64,000 nt of DNA. Origin: Adineta vaga. Taxonomy: Eukaryota > Animalia > Rotifera. Under the pieces are notes generated by a model. It did not search any database. It was not told where the DNA came from and saw only the letters and a list, made by a program, of their open reading frames with translations. Each line of letters opens with the position of its first letter. Within the stretch, counting starts at the first letter, position 1. The position numbers were made by a program, and so were the translations under genes. This document shows positions 58,227 to 64,000 of this stretch, one piece after another. The stretch is from NCBI GenBank assembly GCA_021613535.1, contig CP075493.1:3038001-3102000 (forward strand), given 5' to 3'.

Positions 58227-61200
58227 ATGTCATCAAATACAAATACAACAGCAACGATGGATTCCATCAAAAAGAAAATGCAATCGATGAAACTTGAAAA
58301 AGAAAATGCTGTGGATCGTGCTGAACAATCCGAACAAAAACAGAAAGATCTCGAAGATAAACTTAAAGCAGTAGGTTTGATTTGTTTTCGAAGAATGAAC
58401 AAGTTTTATTGAGTAAAAAAAATTATCTTGTCTTTTAGTCAGAAGAAGAAAGTAATAGTTTACAGAAAAAAATTCAACAAGCGGAAGCAGAACTCGATGC
58501 AGCTCAAGAACAATTAGCTGAAGCAAATGGAAAACTTGAAGCCAAAGAAAAAGCCGCTACTGATGTAAGTCTAAATTCTTCGTACAAACTCTGATAAAGC
58601 ACTGTCCTACTTTTAATATCTATACGAACTGATCGAATCGCACAGACATTATACCCATGTCTGATATTGATCAGTGAAGTTATTTGCTGTTTGCTAAAGC
58701 AAATTGGATTTTCCCATGCATCTTTGAAATGATATATCATTCCGTTGTTACGGATATCAATATCGTTTTTCGAAAGAAGACGACGAGTCTGGAATAAGTA
58801 TTCCAAGAAATAGTTGTCTACTATAATGTAACACTCTACATTCTCTTCGTGTAACGTTAGCAGGCATGAAAGTTTGTTACATCCTTATTATTAGTTTTAT
58901 TTACTAATCAACAGTAGTCGATTAATTTCGATGTTAATTACACACACATATATGAACTAAAGCTAGGTGGCGCCGTTTGCTTTGTAGTGCATATAGTGGT
59001 CAAGAAGTAACCAATACTTATGACATCTATCTGATTCACCGATGCGGAGGCGTTGGTAGCATGACGTATGGTTATCTAGAGTAGGATAGAGTTTTATAAT
59101 TGATACATACATACTCACATACATAATCATAGTACAAGAGAAAATCAAAAAAAAATGTCTGCCAATTTGAATAATGGTACATTGCGATCATTGAATCGTA
59201 CGCCGCAACAAAGTTCGAGTTCTCCATCAATGAACGAATCAGGCAGTTCAGTAATTGATACAATTCGAAAACGTATGCAACAAATAAAAGATGAATTGGC
59301 TAAATCGCAAGATGATTTGCATGCTTATCAGATTGAACGTGAACGTGAAAAACATGCACGAGAACAAGTGTGCACGATTTCTTATTGACAAAATGAAACT
59401 TAGATTTCTAATTTCTATTTAGGCTGAAGGAGAAATAGGTGGTCTTCAACGTCGTATTCAATTAGTTGAAGAAGATCTTGAACGTACAGAAGAACGTCTA
59501 ACACAAGCAACACAAAAACTCGATGAAGCTTCACATGCTGCTGATGAAAGTGAACGGTAAGTATATCTACTAAACAGTACAGGAAGTATCTTTTATTCTT
59601 CTCCTAAATAGTCTTAAGTATCTATCTTACTAAATCATAAAATAAAAATCACATGAACGAAAAAAAAACATTTTTTAGAAAACGTCTTGTTCTTGATGGC
59701 AAAGTATCTGGTTATGGGGACAGATATGATACACTTGAACAGTTACTCAAAGAGTCAAAACAATTGGGTCATATGAATGAGAGAAAATATGAAGAGGTAG
59801 ACAAAAGAAAACATGATTTTCAAATTAAAACTAATACAACGTAGCTAAATTACTAACATTTTGATTGCTAATATAACTAATCTTGCACTATTTTGTTCTT
59901 TTTGTCTATCTTTTACTATTGAGACAGATTTAAGTTTTATATCTATTCATTCTCATAACTTCTATTTATATTTATCTCTTTCTTCTTTCAATTACAAGTG
60001 GTCGCAAAGGTCTCGAACAACGTACATACCAGGATGATGAACGTATTGCTACACTTGAACAGCAATTGGCCGAAGCACAACTTATAGCTGAGGAGTCCGA
60101 TCGAAAATATGACGAGGTGATTAGAACTTCTATTTAAATCATAGTGTATTTTGAGAGAAAAAAACACACGATAAATTGAGTCATTTTCAATATGAGTCCA
60201 GGTTGCTCGTCGTATTGCTATTATGGAAGTCGATTTGGAACGTGCTGAAGATCGTGCCGAAGCTGCTGAAGCGTAAGAGTATCTGCGTGTTTTCTTCAAA
60301 TTTTCCGCACGATGATTTCTTTGCTATACTAACCTTATTTTAAATGCATGATATTTTGCAGTGATAAATTGATTTTGAATTCTTTTAGGTTGCACGAAAA
60401 TTGAAAGTACGAGAAAGTGAATTGGAAAGAATTGATGATCGTGCCCAGAGAACCGAAGCGTACGCATGAATAGCATTCGATTATCTTTCCCTGCATGTGT
60501 TTGTGTTTTCTTTTTTTTTGTCTTGTAGTAAAATTGCACAATATGAACAGGATTGGAAGCATTTACATTATGAATTACGTTCGAAAGAAATTTTCTTAAC
60601 TAAGGTAAAGATCATATTATTTTTGCGATTTATTTAGAAAAACTCTTGAACTTGAAGAAGAACTCAAAGTTGTTGGTAATAACATGAAATCACTTGAAAA
60701 CTCTGAACAAGAGGTAGTTAATGAGAGTGTTATGGCGATTTGTTTGACGAAAAAAAGAAAAGATACCCACACCTTTGCTTTGTTTTATTTTTCTATATCA
60801 AAACAAATTGATGCAATAGAAGATTTATCTCTGATATTTCTTATTCTAGGCTATTCAACGTGAAGAAAGTTATGAAGAACAAATTCGTGATTTAACTACA
60901 CGTCTTAAAGATGTAAGTATAAAAATGAAATTTTTTCGAGAAAAGAAACAGAGGAAATCGAAAGAAATAATATGTAAATAAAAAGGATGCATCATTCATT
61001 CATTCTATCAATCATATGAGTATAGGCTGAACAACGTGCTGATCTTGCTGAACGTACAATGGCCAAATTACAAAAGGAGGTCGATCGCCTCGAAGGTAAT
61101 ATTAGATAAATATCTTTATGTATATTGCACGTACGGCCTCGTAGTTTTGCATGGGTTTTTATCTTCTTTATATATAATTTACTTATATATATATATATGT

Positions 61201-62101
61201 ATATGAATAGTTGCATGTTGCATGTCTCTTAGTTATGTATGTGTATATATCTAGACCGAAGACAAAGCTGAGAACAGTGCACGTACAATGAATGTCTTAC
61301 AGAGACGAATAAATCAATTGAAAGGTATTGTTTGCTAATCAAACTTGTTTATCAGATAGATTAGGGTACTTTGAGATATATATTTTCACAAGCAAAAAGA
61401 GCTTAGATTACATTCTAAACATGTATATACAGTAATTCTATCAATCATCTTGTTTGCTATAAAGAAAAACAATTCTATAGTCTTTAATAAGAAAATCGAA
61501 GAAGACCGATCGTTTATGATACACTCATAGAACTGATCTTTCCTAAATAGAAAAAAACAAACTTTTGATAATAACATTTAGAACTAGTATGAAATTATTT
61601 TGCTTTGAATTAACCTAATCTTAACATATATGCATGTTATAAACCTTGATGATCTTTTACCTGCATTGATATGTTTTCCTGTGTATGTATTTCAGGTGAG
61701 ATAACATCTGAGAATGTACGCAGCAAAAGTTTGCAACGTGAAATGGATTCGATGATCAACGATCTTCAGAATGTGCTTTGATATGTTTGTGTTGTTGTTG
61801 TGTATGTGTTATGAGTTTTCAAGTTTTGATTTCTTCGTCTTATAATTATTATTCTTATCATTATTATTATTATACTTATTATTTTGTATGTGTAAATTTA
61901 TTGATCAATCGTTTTGCTTTTAATCGTAAGCGAATGTTTTGCTTTTGTTGTGATTGAATTTAGTTGAGATATTTTCAATGAGAATTTCTTCTAAACTATG
62001 ATTTAATTTCTATCGTAGACGAATTACTTGCCGAAAAGGAAAAGTACAAGGGTGTCAGCGACGAACTCGACATGACATTAAACGAATTGTCGGGTTATTA
62101 A
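58227..62101 (+). CDS. TPM: Tropomyosin with alternative promoters, mutually exclusive internal exons and alternative last exons
   Basis: [24 protein letters not shown]; [21 protein letters not shown]; [16 protein letters not shown]; [11 protein letters not shown]|[11 protein letters not shown]...ELSGY*. Confidence 0.96.
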
Positions 62102-62649
62102 TCAATGATATCAAATTATCTTGGTGGCGGTGGCGACAACACAAACAACAGCTAGCATTTTTTTCTACATGTTTTTCCTCTTTCTTTTTTCTTTTTTTGT
62201 CTATTATACCTAAATAACCTTTCTGTGAATTTTTTCATGTGCACGGCAATGTCCGGGGGGACACAAGGTTGCTTTCTTTTTTTTAATTCTACTACCATAA
62301 CAAAACAATGGTTTTTTGTTTTTCTTTATCTAATTAGATCATGCACACTTACACACATTTTTCTTCTTCTTCTTCTTCTCTCTCTCTTTCTCTTGAATTT
62401 ATCATATTAATGTCTCTATAACTAGTTCAGTCTTTTTTCTTTCGTTCTTTAAAACTATTTCAAATCGTACAAATAAAAGACAAACAAAAGAAACCAAGAA
62501 CTATTAAAATAGTAAAGAAGTTAAACATTATGATGTAAGAAACGAACAAAGATAAATATGATCTTACCGTGCGTTTTGATAAGAAACATATAGGCATGAT
62601 TTTATACTTACATATTAAAAGAGATACTTCAGAAAAAAGAAAAAAAAGG

Positions 62650-64000
62650 ATGAATACGAATCTTGATCAACAATTAGAGACAATCGAACGAAATAGTAAA
62701 GGATGGAAAACATTAACTTTCTATGATCGATCATTGTTACAACAACTTACTACATGTTTACAATCATGTTTAACTATTATATCAGATAATACTTTTCTAA
62801 ATATTGTTATTAATCGACGACCACAAGTATTCGATATGTTCGAATGTATTGCAACACATTTATTCAAACAATGGAAACATCAAAAACGTTCATTGACTAC
62901 TGAACAATTGAATTTCTTAACAATTGTCGGTACATTCAATCGACGAATAGCTTTAACATTACAAAATGATAATGATGATCCTTATAGTAATGAAGATGAT
63001 AATGAACAGAAAGATAATAATCTTGAACATCAAAAACGTGTTCGTGAATTATTATTTGATAATAATGAGAATTTATTCGATATTTTAATGGAAATCTTAC
63101 CATCTATAAGTGAAAATGATGTTAATTTTATTGAAATGATTTTATCATGGTATGAATCTTATATCTTTTTTGAACATAGTTACATAGATTCAACATTAGA
63201 TGAAAAATTTCATTTATTTTATAATCAAATTATTCAATGTTTGAAATCCAAAGGATATGAACGAAGTTTACTAATATTCGATCATCATCAAATATTAATA
63301 ACAACTGTTCGTCATCGATTTTATTTAGGTATGTGTACAATGGCGATGGGTATACATGTCAATTGTGATGACAATGAATGTGAAGATGCTAAAAATCTAT
63401 TAGAATCCTATCTCTCACGTTATATTACATTTATACATCATTTTCTAATTGATAATCAATTAAATTCATTAAATAGTTTAGTTAGTATTACTGGTATCAT
63501 ATCTTATCTAGTTAATTATACATTGATTATCGATAGTGATAATAAACAACAATTATTAATGGATTTATTTTCGATTATTCTTCATGAAAAATTCTATGAA
63601 AATATCACAATTAATTGGACAACTTATGAAACGATTTTAATTGATTCAATCATATGTTATTTGATTATTTATTGTTATGATAATCGTTTAATAGTTCGTC
63701 AAATTATACGAATAGATGAGAATTATATTTCAAAACTTGAACATTTAATTAATCATGCACAAAATATTGGTAATCGTCGTATAGCAATTATGACTCAATT
63801 ATTCTTACTCATTCTAACAAGTTGTACAAAACATGAAGATTTATCTCAAAAATTTTTTCTTCTATGTTTAACATATATTCAAATGTCTTTAGATAATACC
63901 TATTCATATCATTATAATCGTATACCAATGAGTTTATTTTTTAAAAGTATTATACATATTATGAAAGATGAATCAATTCAAGATATTATTGCTAAACATT
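62650..64000 (+). CDS. Long uncharacterised, probably alpha-helical protein; open to the right edge
   Basis: ATG at 62650 (MNTNLDQQLETIERNSKGW...). I saw no stop in the portion I translated and the codon pattern looks coding. It is missing from the ORF track, consistent with having no stop inside the window. Confidence 0.75.
   Translation, partial: MNTNLDQQLETIERNSKGWKTLTFYDRSLLQQLTTCLQSCLTIISDNTFLNIVINRRPQVFDMFECIATHLFKQWKHQKRSLTTEQLNFLTIVGTFNRRIALTLQNDNDDPYSNEDDNEQKDNNLEHQKRVRELLFDNNENLFDILMEILPSISENDVNFIEMILSWYESYIFFEHSYIDSTLDEKFHLFYNQIIQCLKSKGYERSLLIFDHHQILITTVRHRFYLGMCTMAMGIHVNCDDNECEDAKNLLESYLSRYITFIHHFLIDNQLNSLNSLVSITGIISYLVNYTLIIDSDNKQQLLMDLFSIILHEKFYENITINWTTYETILIDSIICYLIIYCYDNRLIVRQIIRIDENYISKLEHLINHAQNIGNRRIAIMTQLFLLILTSCTKHEDLSQKFFLLCLTYIQMSLDNTYSYHYNRIPMSLFFKSIIHIMKDESIQDIIAKH

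Overview
AT-rich (roughly 30% GC by eye), gene-dense animal genomic DNA with many ~50-65 nt GT-AG introns. This style, the nuclear-receptor type and the intronless 'foreign-looking' genes mixed among metazoan genes suggest a bdelloid rotifer (Adineta/Rotaria-like); this is inference, not a lookup. I can support 26 protein-coding loci. In order: two tandem VPS4 copies; a bacterial-type maltose O-acetyltransferase with a 1-nt frameshift; GALNT; UBL4A; MAPKAPK2; a 3-Ig Lachesin/IgLON-like protein; FOXRED2; a myosin light chain; a nuclear receptor; a peptide GPCR; a co-oriented block (GxSxG esterase, YrhK-like protein, NCS-like EF-hand, acyl-protein thioesterase, b5-less fatty acid hydroxylase, TAT, orphan membrane protein); Prickle; PFKFB; an OTU deubiquitinase; Pellino; a 1-Cys MsrA; tropomyosin; and a long ORF running off the right end. 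The most notable structures are invisible in the ORF track. Tropomyosin has four length-matched mutually exclusive exon pairs plus alternative first and last exons. Obligatory 5-7 nt microexons occur in GALNT and MAPKAPK2, two of them inside catalytic motifs. The VPS4 pair shows an apparent gene-conversion tract. PFKFB has alternative N-termini with or without a PKA-type site. There is a candidate horizontally acquired, possibly trans-spliced gene cluster. I recognised no rRNA, tRNA, CRISPR array or intact transposon. Exon boundaries were read by hand.
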